A program made the translations under genes and the position numbers. Of a stretch of 64,000 bases of DNA, positions 29,100 through 42,519 are shown piece by piece; positions within the stretch are counted from its first letter, which is position 1; the number at the start of each line of letters is the position of its first letter. Origin of the DNA: Eledone cirrhosa (Eukaryota); contig OZ024741.1 in NCBI GenBank assembly GCA_964016885.1, positions 150,164,001 to 150,228,000 of the forward strand, in the 5' to 3' direction. Below the pieces are notes generated by a model. It searched no databases and was not told where the DNA came from. It worked only from the letters and a program-made list of their open reading frames with translations.

Positions 29100-32000
29100 G
29101 GATGAGAGTTTATCCCGAACTGGCAAAGCTCCCCGGTAGCACTGCCAGGCCAGGGATTTCTGAAGTTGTCCATAGGCCCCGGCACGAAAGTTCTTCCGAA
29201 GAGATTGGCTAGTTGGTTTTTCGTCGACGCCTAGAGTTTCCCCAAGTACGTCGTCGCTCTTCCCCTCCACTAATCCTCTATAGAACGCCGAGGTGGAGTT
29301 TCCACCGATCATATTGCCCGATTGGTCGAGAGCTGTGATCCTGAAGACATTCCAGTCTCCAAGCGCTCTCGGTCTTCGCTTGACCCAGGACTGCAGCTCC
29401 GTCAAAGAGACGAGCTGGGGAAAGACGCGCCTAGCAAACGGCGACCACACCTGATTACCGTCGAGGAAGAGGTGGAGATGTCGTAGCCTGAGCGCGTGTC
29501 TGCGCATCATCACCCACGGCATGCCCAGCCCTCCACGTAGCGGGTGTTGACAGCAGATGCACCGCCTGACCATCGGAGCGCGTCCCTTCCATAAAAAACG
29601 AAAGAGCAAATGCTCCAGCGCAGTCAGGCGGGGCTTAGGACAAGGTACGACGGTCAGGCGGTAGTAGATGACGGACGCGATGTACGCGTTAGCCACCTCC
29701 GCTTGACCTTTCAGGGATAGCTTCGACTCCGCCCATTTCTGGGTGAGAGAAGCCACCCTGTTCGTCACCTCGTCCCAGTTTTTGTCCCTCTGCTCTATTT
29801 TTCTCTATAGCTAAATCCTTACCAAACCTAATGGACTCTATTCTAATCGCTCTTTTCAGAGCAAACCACCACTTGTTGTTGACGATGGCCCCCGTCAACG
29901 GTCACTTAATTAGTTCGCTAATCCGGTCTCTGTAGGCCTTACGCGCTGGTAAGGACGCGTTTAGCTTCCAGTAGCCGGATCCTCGTCTATGAAGCTTATC
30001 TAAGTCAAGCACACAGATCACGAATTTGTGGTCCGTGTAACTAACTATCTTAAATTGTTGACAGCCTATGCTAGACCTATCTATTTCCCTACCAAATACT
30101 CTATCTAGATATGATCTGGATGACCCTATGCGGTTTGTCCAAGTCCACATTGGCACATTCTGGAAATCCAATCGGTACTTGTCAGACAGTTCAAAACGCC
30201 TGAGCAGGTTGATGAGGCTCTTGCACCCTCCTCCCCTATCCGCTAATCCCACACAGTCCCAGCGTGCATCTAAGATCCCGTTCCAGTCGCCCACTAACAC
30301 TAAATAGTGGGACGTTCCTAGAAAGGTCTCCAGACGCCAGAAGAAATCAGGCCGCCCTGCTCCTGTCGAGGTATAGACGGCCACTAGCCTGAAAGCTTGC
30401 CCGTCTCCGCTGGTCACGTCCATCACCACCAACTTACCCTCTGGGTCCAGGAAGATGGCCCGTATCGCGAGATCCAAACCTCTCCAAAAAAGCACAGCAA
30501 CTCCTCCCCTGATCCAGGACGGCTGAGAGATGCGTACACATCGTAGCCGCCGAAGATCGGTGCGAAGGCCCGTGTTTCGGAGATTCTGGTCTCGCTGATG
30601 GCCACTGCATCTATGTTTAGTGACCTGAGGTCGTTGAGCAGGTGGCCCTGCTTCCATGACGACCCCAAGCTACGCGCATTTATGCTGCCTATTCTGAGTG
30701 AGGTCATGTTGAAATGGAGTGGAAAAGATGGGAAATACCACTTACCTTACTTCTTGTAGAGGAAGGATGGTTTCGCCATCCTTTTTCACTTGATCATCTG
30801 GTGAAGGGACCGTTGAATCGTCCCTTCGGCTGGTCGTCGGCTCTTCTGTGAGTATATCCGAATATACTCTCCGGTTGAGTGTCCCTCCTAGGTCTCTGAA
30901 ATCATCAACAGCGTTGGGGAATTTTATTTTAATGTTTGTGTATTGTTTCTGTGCTATTCTTAGCAGTCTTATGTTCGTTGGTGTTTTGATTGGTGCTGGT
31001 ATTATGTAGTCGTGCTGTGAAATGTCTGTGTGTTCAATTATGTAAGTCATTAGTTTCTTGTTGTGTGTATTTATTGCTGTGTATTTCTTTTTCTGGGGGT
31101 GGGGTGTGGTTCTGCTATTTTCTTGTCGTTGTTGCTGGGTGTGTGTGTTTTGTTGTGTTTGCGATGTTGGTGCTTGTGGTGGTGGTGTTGAAGGTGTTGT
31201 TGTTGTTGGCGATGGGGTTGCCGCCGGTGGTGATGGTGGTGCTAGTGTGGGTGGTGATAGTGTTGGTGGTGTTGCTGCTGTAAGTCTCTTTGCAGTAGCC
31301 TTTACCCTTTTTTCATTTCTTCCCTCCCTTTTCGAAGGCGACGATGCGCTGCTTCTGCGTTTGTGCCTTCTTGCGACCTTTTGCCATCCCTCTCCCACCT
31401 CACACTCCATGTCCGAATCTGTGAGGTCGGGGAGGGGTACCAGCTCCACTCTTTCACTTGTTCTTGTTGGTGATGTTTGCAGTGGAGTCTCTGTTGCAGC
31501 TGCAGTTGATATTACTGTTGTTGTTAATACTTCCACTGCTGCTGCTGTTCTTGATTTCCGTGGCGTGAGTATGGGTGCCACGGACCTAGCCTTCCTGCTT
31601 GCCGCCTGTCCTGTTGCTGGTAGCAGTGGAGCCGGTTTCGGAAGAAGGGGGTTTTCTCCTTTCTCAGGGTCTTCTCATTGCAGAAGGCCCTGAGGTGAGT
31701 CTTCGACCCACAGCGAAAGCATTTGGGCCGTTTGCCCTCAACACTTATGGGAAGTTGAGTGCCGTTATCGAAGTCTATCACATCCGGGATAGCTTCGATG
31801 CACTCCTGGTTAGTATGAATTAACATCTCAATGGCGGTGCCGACCCAATCTTCTCGTACTATTTTCTGTACTTGCAGTACAGTTGTTTTGTCCTCGATTC
31901 CGACGAGGACAGACGCGGCCAGCCAAGAAGGGGCCATCCCGGGGGAGGGGGGACGTGGGTCAGTTTGACCCTCACACTTTTTTTGCTCGCAGTAGGAGGG

Positions 32001-32470
32001 CACGAACACCATTTCCTCGCCCCTTAGGGTCACTAAGGATTGAGCCTTTGCCTCCTGGGGTGTGGCAAAAAGCACGTCCACGGTGGCATATTTCTTGCCT
32101 CGGGTGATATGCGTTTTCCGCTGCCACACAGACCCTAAGGCTTTTTGTATTTGAGCCTCTGTGGCTCTTTCAAGCCTACGTGATTTTGTGCTTACTGTAC
32201 GGTACGTGGGTTTCGAAAAATTTTTCCGCTGCCTTGCAGATTGCTTGGTGTCCGGTTTTCGTCACCATCTTCTTTGCTTCCTGTAATTCCTCATTTGTTA
32301 TAAGGATGGTTTCCAGGTTCTTTGCGATACCTGCAAACGAGATTATTTTTTCTTTCTTGTTGTTGTTGTTGTCGTCAGAGCTGCTGTTACTTTTGTTGTT
32401 GCTGCTGTACTACAACCGCCGCCGCCGCTGTTGCGGTGGTTGTTGTTGTTGCTGCTGCTGCTGCTGTTGT

Positions 32471-32501
<31 letters not shown>

Positions 32502-33052
32502 TATGCTGCTGCTGATGTTGTTGTGGCTGCTACTAGTGTTTTCTTTTTCACTGTTGCTGTTGCTGCTGTTATTACGGCTGCTGCTGCTATTCTTCATGAC
32601 GTCAGACGAATGAAATGGCTTTCCGTATTTACCGCACACATTTTTCGTCGTTGTCGTCGTCGTGGAGAAATGTTCCACGGTATGCACGTTCTCTTGGTGA
32701 AAGCTACCAGAAACTATATTTTTCTTTTTCTTTAATGGCGTCGCTTGCGAAAGAGGCGACACCACATTTAGAGAAGGGAGGGAGAGAGACAATCTTCTCT
32801 CTGATGTAATGACGATTGGGGAAGAAGACAGAAAGAGTGGGAGTGACTTGTGAAAATTCTTTTTTGTAGCCATGTTTTTTTTACGGTTTAAAATGAATAT
32901 TGGGCACAAAACCCCAATAAGCGGTTATTTAACCCCGAAGGGTCAAATAACGGGCAGAAAGACCCCTCTCACGAGGAGGAGGGTGTTTTTATCTAAAATT
33001 TGGTTCAAGTTTTAAACAATTTACAGAGCCGAGCCTCCGTCAACCATGGCAT
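29100..33052 (-). mobile_element. Tx1/L1-clade non-LTR retrotransposon with an internal deletion of RT
   Basis: ORF1 fragments with zinc knuckle CFRCGSKTHLRAFC; APE (SINARSL, ISETR, GDWN, YLDR, TDHK, GYWKLN); C-terminal LSLKGQAEVAN..GGLGMP. No YADD region. 5' end abuts (TAA)n. Confidence 0.8.
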
Positions 33053-33054
33053 TC

Positions 33055-33093
<39 letters not shown>

Positions 33094-33222
33094 TGTTTCT
33101 ACTTTTGGCACAAGGCCAGCAATTACCCTGTATACTACTGGTACTTTATTTTATCGACCCCGTAAGGATGAAAGGCAAAGTTAACTCGGTGGGATTTAAA
33201 CTCAGAATGGCAAGGGCCGTAT
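33094..33222 (-). mobile_element. 5'-truncated SINE (Meta-like family)
   Basis: gtactttattttatcgaccccgtaaggatgaaaggcaaagttaac. Confidence 0.85.
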
Positions 33223-33879
33223 CTATGCGTCAAATAATAATAAACAATAAATAGTAGGCATAAAATTATTAACAAACGCTCTGAAATTTGTAATTCTTGT
33301 TTACACAAAAAATAAGACATTTCGTAGAGTATATAGTTAACACTTCAGTAAATAATGTTAGACTACCAAATAATTAATTAAATATTCATAAATATATAGA
33401 TACATTATAACATCAGCATCAAAGTACAAATATCTAAAATTAAAATTAGTATCTAAGTGAATAAAATCTAGTATAAAAAAAATAGACTAACAGTTCCTGC
33501 ATGCCGTACTATGAATCAAGCGACGAATCTGGTAACTTGATACCCTAGCCAGTTTACAAGCAGCAACGCCAATTGGAATAACTATTTCCCGCACATATAA
33601 GAATTGCTACTTCAGAAATTCGGACATATGCTTACTGGTCAGCGAAGGGAATAATACGTATGACTGGTAATATATCAATGGAACTTACATCTCGTTTGGA
33701 TTTTTGTCTGAAGAGAACACGCAGGGCAGTTGTTATACAACTGCCTTACATCTTTGAAATACGTATAACAAAATAAATAGGGATGTACGAATGAAACCGT
33801 CTCTCTTGTTTATTATTATAATAAAATTTCACATCTGTTAAGAAAAAGTTGGCAGATTTTCAATCAACCAACTTTCTTC

Positions 33880-33910
<31 letters not shown>

Positions 33911-33912
33911 CA

Positions 33913-34832
33913 CAATATGTTGAAAAGGTAACACACTAGAGAGGGATACAGTGCCCTATCAATAAAACAGGGAAAAACCACCAGTGTATGGAATCTATAA
34001 CCTATGAAAGGCAGAGTATACACACGATAATTAAAAATATAAATTAAAGCGTAAATAAATACCTCTATAACTATATAACCCACGTACAAATCCAAAGTGA
34101 TCTGTTTCGCCAGTAAGTTGTTGACAGAAATGAAATAATTCCGGTTCATCAGACAACACTAAGAGAATTCTTAAAGCGACCGTCCAGCTACACGTGGGAG
34201 AGAGAAGTCACAGCGTGTTTAAGGGCAGTGAACCAGTGGCCTTTGAGGGACGAGCTGCTAGAAAGGGCAGCCCAAAACCACTCAGAGAAGTGTGCTCAAC
34301 CAAACAGAGAGAGAGGAAAGACTGTTATAAGGAGCGAAATATCACGATACATTAACGGAACCATAGACTCTCGGCATTCCCTGTAAATAATGTGCTCAAA
34401 GGAGAGGAAATCCTGAGCTCTTTAAAATACAATATGTTGAAAAGGTAACACACTAGAGAGAGATACAGTGCCCTATCAATAAAACAGGGAAAAACCACCA
34501 GTGTATGGAATCTATAACCTATGAAAGGCAGAGTATACACACGATAATTAAAAATACAAATTAAAGCGTAAATAAATACCTCTATAACTATATAACACGC
34601 GTACAAATCCAAAGTGATCTGTTTCGCCAGTAAGTTGTTGATAGAAATGAAATAACCTCTGCCTTTCATAGGTTATAGATTCCATACACTGGTGGTTTTT
34701 CCCTGTTTTATTGATAGCGCACTGTATCTTTCTCCAGTGTGTTACCTTTTCAACATATTGTATTTTAAAGAGCTCAGGATTTCCTCTCCTTTGAGCACAT
34801 TATTTACAGGGAATGATGAAAGTCTATGGCTC

Positions 34833-34834
<2 letters not shown>
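33913..34834 (-). repeat. Partial tandem repeat (period ~517 bp) plus an inverted copy; pLTR-like, with an HHR-like motif at ~34095-34157
   Basis: 33913-34137 is repeated at 34430-34655. 34355-34533 is inverted at 34657-34834. Minus strand has gt-CTGATGA-accgg..ctggc-GAAA-cagatc-ac. Confidence 0.7.
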
Positions 34835-34886
<52 letters not shown>

Positions 34887-34899
34887 CAAAGAAAGTGTG

Positions 34900-36160
34900 G
34901 TAAGGAACTAGGTGGACCATAACGCACCAGAGTACACGTTGTAGAAAGGTGCATTTTTATAAAATATATCCTCATTGGAGGATAATTTAGAAAGTCTAAG
35001 AGATATGTTATATACTAAGTTTTTGAGTGTAGAGCCATGGTGGTTAGAGCGTGAATACACATAGTGTAGATTCTGGTTGGGTTTGTGGTAAGGTTGATAA
35101 ATATTCGTGGAGAGGTCTAAGGTAACGTCAAGGAAGTTGGTTACTTTTGAGGTGTTTTCAAAGGTGATATTAAGGTTGTAATAGTCCTTGAGGAATCTTC
35201 TAATTTGTTTTTGTTTTTCTCTATGTTAGAGTTGCTAGATTGTTAGATATTAATAAACAATCATCCCGATAGAGATCACCTTTGCGGTGGGGAAAAGAGG
35301 AATGAATATTATAGAGGAGAAATAGTCCAACGAGGTCTGTAACTTGCGGAGAGTCCATGGAGCCCATCGTTATATCGAATAAGTTGTTATATGTGTTTCT
35401 TGTCCAGTGTTCTTCTTGGAAGTTTAGTAAGGTCTTTCTAGCGTGTGTTATGGTGTTGATTTCTTCAGTAGATAAATCCGATCTATTTCTGGCGAAAACC
35501 AGTGCTTTGTTTAAGAGAATTGGGGAAATCGAAGAATAGTAAGAATCGATGTCGAATTGTATGAATGAAACTGAGTTTTTATTCTCGATGTTAGTGAACC
35601 ATTCAATAACCTGGGAAGTGTTATTCCATAATGGAAGTGTTACACATTTTCTAATATGCGGGATGATTCAATCAATAATTTTCTTGCTGATAGTACCGAT
35701 ATCAGATTTTGATGGGCATATCAGTCTAATAGATGGGTTCGAATTAAAGTCTGATTTGTGGTCCTTCAGGTTGAAGTGCGGGCTTTTAGGTGTGAATGGC
35801 TCCGTCCTATCTTCAATATGGATTCTTTTTTTACTATATCATATGATGTGTTGTTTAAGGATGCCAGTGCAGTAGTGCTGGTATTTTTGTAGTTTTTTCT
35901 GAGTTCTTTATAAATGAACTGGTTATATTTTTCGATGTCCATATGGTACAAATTACCAGTTTTGTCAGAATGGACATGGACCTTGTTTGAATTTTTCAGT
36001 TGCAGAAGGGTGGAGTCCAATTCTTTTTTGAATTCAGATTTGTGTTTCCTGAATTTTATGTTTTTAATCATGTTCAGTAGGGCGCTCTCAAAATTTTCAA
36101 GTTGAATATTATGAGGAGGATTTTTGAATGTGTTGAATCCATAGTGGTACTTATAAGCAA
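34900..36160 (-). pseudogene. PLE reverse transcriptase fragment (inverted relative to the adjacent endonuclease)
   Basis: HYGF, HSDKTGNLY, FIQFDI..YYSSI, ITMGSMDSPQVTDLVGL, LYRDD, NFLDVTLDL. Confidence 0.85.
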
Positions 36161-36169
36161 CTACAACAT

Positions 36170-36878
36170 TTATAAATTTAAAAATAAAAGTAACTTGACC
36201 ACACCACCACAACATAATTTAAATAAGACTACATCTCTTAAAAGGACAAACAATACAATTCTTCAACCTGGAAAACACAACCACCCAAATCACCAACACA
36301 AAATCAGCATAACACAAAATCACAATACAACCCCAGCACTAAATCACCCACAAAGCAGCACTCATTCTCTCTCTAATATTAATTGCAATAAGAATAGCTC
36401 AAGGATTAATGAGAATTATGTAGGTACCTCCAACAACCATCTTACGTATGGTTGTAATTGCAGAAATAGAAGCGCTTACCCCTTAAATGGCAACTGTTTG
36501 ATTAATAATGTAATATATAAATGCACTGTGTCTACTAATAACTCCAACAAATCGTATATAGGATCTACATCGAACACATTTAAGAAAAGATATTACGCAC
36601 ACTCCAGTAGCTTTAACAATACTAAGCTAGCTAACACCAGATCCTTAGCTGAAGCAATAAATGAATATAAAAATAAAGGAATAGATTTCAAACTATCGTG
36701 GAATACCATTCTACAAAGAACTCCATATCTTGGGAACAGGAGAGAATGCAGATTATGTTCCGGTGAGATCTTGGAAATTACTAAATCCAAAGACGATTTA
36801 TTGAATAAACGACAAGAACTGATTATAGTTTGTAATCATCGTATACGAAAAACATTTAAATACTATAAACCTAACTAA
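36170..36878 (+). pseudogene. PLE GIY-YIG endonuclease fragment
   Basis: CNCRNR..PLNGNC, VIYKC, YIGST, FKKRY, CRLC, CNHR. Confidence 0.85.
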
Positions 36879-37859
36879 ACATTTTAGATAACAGCTCACT
36901 AGTTCTATGTGACGAACCTTTTTATTAATATCCCTTTCTCCTAAAATCTTTAAGCTTTTAATTTTTTAGCTTCCATAGATTCATGTGTTACTGACTATTT
37001 TATTACATTATATTATATTAATATATTATTGTATTTAATTATCTTATTATAATTTTAATATTTTAGTATACTATCCTTCCTAATTATGACCATTAACTTA
37101 CCTATCTATATTTATTCTAGTTATTTCCGTGTATCTCATATCTCTTTATTTATATTCACCTAAAAAATTCCATTCAACACAACGCAACATACAATTTTTT
37201 TTTAAAATTTCACTACACCAACTACAATCCACTATTAATACAATCCCCTTTCTCTATAAGTAATTCTATTTTTAACACCTTTCAACCATTCCTTTAAAAA
37301 GCTCGTGACCTAAGCTAGAGTGGGTTTTATTTCGTCTTAGCATCATTTGGCGAAATACTATTTGACTGGTTTATTCTTCGGCAGCCTCCAAATAAGGTCA
37401 CTAAACCCAATTTACTACTGATATTGAATACAATTCTCATTGCTTTTGACAACAGCTGATGATATACAAGTAGGTAAATATTCTCCTCATCTGATATTTT
37501 GTAACTAACCTTACATATATCGATAACGAAATATGCGTACGATGTATTATTATCACCTAGAAACGATCGTAAAGCAGTGAAGTATTTTCCTAATGACTTG
37601 AATTTTTATTTCATTGTTTTAACTTATATCTGTTTTCCTTTTGATGATTTTTTTGTTTTCCGGGATTTATTTTAACCTACAACATTATCAACATATGGAT
37701 TACATTGAGTTCTTCATGCAGACTAGACCCCATAACTAACTGTGGATAATTCTGTGTATATATAGTATTAATAATGATATTAACTGGAATGTTTAACTGC
37801 TTTACTGGTTTATTAAAAGCTCAATGCAATGGGGTTCACGCAGAGCTGTTATATATTAA

Positions 37860-38302
<443 letters not shown>

Positions 38303-38572
38303 GTTTCTTTTAACTGCACGGCTAAAACGACCTTTAATTGCTTGTACAACAGCACCGAAGATCACATCGCGACGAACATTTCAAGAGGATTTGAAGGCCG
38401 ACAACATCACATGGAATGGAGGTGAAAAAAACAGTCTGCTGTCTTACACGTCGGAGGAAGCTTTTTACCCTATGAACTACTCGGCGCAGGAGAACACATG
38501 TCTATGTTGAAACCACTAAAATATTCGACGGGGTTTATCCATTTTCTTAAATTGTTCCATGTAGATACAGGT

Positions 38573-38694
<122 letters not shown>

Positions 38695-38903
38695 ATAATA
38701 ATAAATTTGAAGACTAAAATCCAAAGAGGGCTCGATAAGGATAAATATATATCAAATATATAAGAACCGTAGAGCAAATATTTATTAAAATAACAGATTA
38801 AAGTTTAAGCAAAGAATCGCTGCTTTCACCCTTAACGGGATCTTCTGAAACTAACAAAGTCAATTTGTAAACGCAGAAGTGGATATTTAAGGATTCTAAT
38901 GCC

Positions 38904-40690
38904 GTGCACGTCCATTCCGACAAAACTGGCAACCTATATCAAGTGGAGCGCAGTACTTACCATCAACTACTACATAATGCTGTAACTAAGGATTACCGTA
39001 AAACTAATCGGTGCGTCATCAATGAAATCAACGATGCTGGGTTTAAAATCACCTCTGATCTCAACATCCTGGACCGGACCGAACCTCTGGACCCTATTTC
39101 TCCCCACTTTACCCTGAAGGATCACAAATCCAATTTTCCGAACAACCCCTCTATTCGGCTTATTAACCCTACGAAGTCCGATTTAGGTAGACTTAGTAAA
39201 AGGATTCTTGATAGAATTATACCTGAAATTAGAAGTGTGGCCCCTCTTGCACTGTGGAACAATTCTTTCGTGGTGATTGATTGGTTCAACGGCATATGTA
39301 ACAAGGAACATTGCCGTTTTATCCAATTCGACATCAAGAATTACTACTCCTCCATCACTTTACCACTTCTCCTTAGAGCTATCAATTTCGCTAATACACT
39401 CACAGTGGTTAAGGATTTCGAAGTTGATGTCATCCACAATGCCCGTAAGTCGGTGATTAATTTCGACGACTCTATTTGGATTAAACAATCCAATAGTACC
39501 CCATTCGACGTGAGTATGGGCGCCAGCGATTCTGCGGAGGTTACTGATCTTATCGGCCTTTTCCTTCTTTTCTCTATCAAGGACGAATTCCCCAACGCGG
39601 TCGGTGGTTTGTACCGTGATGATGGTCTTTTGACCATGACTAAGCGCGGACCTCGTGCTTGCGACAGGTTCAGAAAAGAACTCACAGCCTTCTTTAAAGG
39701 CTTCAATCTCTCTATACAGGTTGAGGCCAATCTCTCGGTCGTTAATTACCTCGACGTTACCCTCAATTTATCGAATGGGTTGTATTACCCGTATAGAAAG
39801 CCGAATGACACGCTTAATTACATAAGTAAGCATTCCAACCATCCTGCCAGCATAACCAAGAACCTGGTAAGAAATGTTTCGTTGAGGCTTTCCCGTCTAT
39901 CTACTAACGAGCATATTTTCAACGACCATTCCACTTATTACAATGAAGCTCTTGCTCGGAGTGGATTTGTCGATAAGGTAGCATATACAGAGTACGAAAA
40001 TAGACCTAGAAGAAATAGATCCCGTCGCATTTGTTGATATAACCCACCATATAATATGGAGGTGGCCACACCATTAGCTAAGATCTTTCTTTCCCTTATT
40101 GCGTTGCATTTTCCCCCTACACATAAATATAGTAAAACTTTTAATAGAAATACTATTAAAATTTCTTACTCTTGCACATAACATCACAGCTTCAAATTTA
40201 GCTAAACTACCTAGCCGTAGGAACACGTGCAACCCTGTAGTTAGTACTAACTGTAATTGTAGGAATCGGGTCGATTGCCCCCTATCCGGGAAATGCCTCT
40301 CTAGTAAAATTGTCTACAAAAGTAAGGTTGAAACACCCACATCCCGTAGGGCCTACATAGGGTTAACCGCCAATAGATTCAAGCAGCGTCTTTACATGCA
40401 TACCCATTCTTTTCGTTACCCTCTAAGAAGGAATATCACGTCACTGTCAGCTTATATCTGGAGTCTAAGGACAACCACACCCAATTTAAGTTACACTTGG
40501 AGATCCTAGCTAGGGCTAGATCGTATAACTGAAATAAAAGACCATGTGACCTCTGCGCCGCTGAGGCCCTGGAAATACTCTACGCCACAGACCACATCTT
40601 AAACAAAAAATCTGAGGCAATTTCGGCTTGTAAACATAAATTGCACAAAACTTTCCTGTATTACAGCCCCACATTATACCCTAACGGATA
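38904..40690 (+). pseudogene. PLE RT-GIY-YIG ORF, disrupted
   Basis: 377-aa open RT segment, then a TGA and frameshifts through the endonuclease. Confidence 0.9.
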
Positions 40691-41478
40691 GTACGATCTA
40701 TACGTGGATATTTTACGTCTTGATGTGGTAGCTAAGTATATGTTTTGTTTATACCATTACTTATTTCCATAGGTAAGTATATATTACCTGTATGTTTTGT
40801 GAAGGTTCGTATACTTTCTCATACGTATATTTGATTGATTATGTTATGGCGTATAAATTTTTTATATATTCTGCTACATATGGTTTGGTTATGTGTATAC
40901 GGGAGTTTTGCGTCTGCGTGAGTATGCAGGTTCGTATGTATGTAGGGTGTGTGTATATGTGTACTTCATGTTTTGGTTGACTTACGTCTCCGAACATTTG
41001 TGTATTTACATGTAGGTATGTGTGTGCGCTTGTTATATACGTATTTATTTATTTATATACGTTTATTTAATTATTTATTTATTTGTATACACGCACACAC
41101 ACACACACATATTTATATGTGCGTGGTTTTGTATACCTATGGCAAGTGTTTTGCGTATGCTTGTGTATGTACGTATTTGCATGCGTGTATGCATTTATTT
41201 AACTTCTATTACCTCTGTATTGTATTTATTTACTTTATTCTTTACTCTGAAGCGGAGATTCATTCGGTCTCCTAGTTAGAATTTTAGTCTACGACTTCTG
41301 CTATACCATTTACGAGGTTTTGTCTTTGCGCGTAATTGTTTTTCACCGCTCCTATTAATGACGTATTATATTCGTTTTTCCCCGTTCTTTGCCAGGGAAC
41401 GTTTCCACGAACCAAAGTATCGTCTTCCTGTCTTCCCCCGGTTGCAACGTTTTTTGAAATATCCACTTCTGCGTTTAC

Positions 41479-41550
41479 AGATTAACTTTGTTAGTTTCAG
41501 AAGATCCCGTTAAGGGTGAAAGCAGCGATTCTTTGCTTAAACTTTAATCT
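41479..41550 (+). ncRNA. Hammerhead-like motif with CAGAAGA core (A at position 4)
   Basis: gttt-CAGAAGA-tccc(gttaa)gggt-GAAA-gca..tgc-TT-aaac, stem I extended by agattaa/ttaatct. Further copies at ~38795-38866(-), ~42140-42192(-) and ~42193-42250(+). Confidence 0.5.
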
Positions 41551-41595
41551 GTTATTTTAATAAATATATATTTATATGTATATATATATATATAT

Positions 41596-41976
41596 TAGGG
41601 TGGCCCTTATTTTTCAACTTTCTAAATGTTTAGCTCCCATCCCCCCTATCTTGGTAGAAAAACAGATCTATACGAAACTTTAGCTCAAGTGGACAACTGC
41701 AAGGCGACCCTCATCGACCGTGAAATTTTGAAGTTTTCGCTAGGAAAGTCATTTTTTCAGATAAAAATTTTGATCTCGTATATAATTTTCTCTTAAATTA
41801 AAAACTTGTTCAGACCTATTCTTGGTATTAGAAGGATAAGTGACAATAAATATAATGGGGAAGGTAACTTGCAAAGCTGGGGACAGAGCGCAGGTATAAA
41901 GCAAACACCTATTTTTCGCTGGGGAACAGCAACATTTTAACTTTCGGAAAATTACCTATTGCTAAGGGCCACCCTA
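41596..41976. mobile_element. MITE with 14-bp TIRs (hATm-like TAGGGTG ends)
   Basis: TAGGGTGGCCCTTA at 41596-41609 and TAAGGGCCACCCTA at 41963-41976, in TA-rich flanks. Confidence 0.75.
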
Positions 41977-42256
41977 ATATACATATATCTGTATGTGGTC
42001 GACAGCTGAGAGAAATGAGTACTCGGTATTGAGTAATATATATATATATAGTAATAATAATAAATGTGAAGACTAAAACCCAAGGATAAATATATATCAA
42101 ATATATAAGAACCCTAGAGCAAATATTTATTAAAATAACAGATGAAAGTTTAAGCAAAGAATCTCTGCTTTCACCCTTAACGGGATCTTCTGGTTTTTCA
42201 GAAGATCCAGTTAAGGGTGAAAGCAGCGTTTCTTTGCTTAAACTTTAATGTTACTT

Positions 42257-42312
<56 letters not shown>

Positions 42313-42519
42313 ATCAAAAGATGGTTAAAAGTGTTCCAAGTATTTCATTATGCGCATTTCAAAAACAAATATCATCATGGGATGATATCTGATTGTGCTA
42401 CAATAAAACTCACCTCCTACATATATATATATGTTTATACTCTCCTTACTATCCTTGCATTCATATTTCTCTTTGCTCCCATTTTCTCATTCTATGTGTA
42501 TATAAACAAGTACATAGAT

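Larger units (their letters stand above)
38700..41567 (+). mobile_element. PLE with RT, GIY-YIG and an inverted pLTR at the 5' end
   Basis: RT 38904-40037 (SDKTGN, FIQFDIKNYY, VSMGASDSAEVTDL, LYRDDGL); endonuclease 40250-40690 (CNCR..CPLSGKC, YIGLT). Inverted repeat ~38778-38888/41456-41567. Confidence 0.9.

Noticed and set aside
37450-37545. Possible hammerhead (ctgatga...gaaa...gta) at the 3' end of the 36170 PLE
   Set aside because: I could not build convincing stems I and II by eye.
40035-40037. In-frame TGA in the PLE ORF as possible selenocysteine
   Set aside because: It aligns with the Trp of the W(F/Y)NPP motif (IWFAPP in the 55416 copy), so it is most likely a TGG-to-TGA nonsense change. 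Frameshifts follow.
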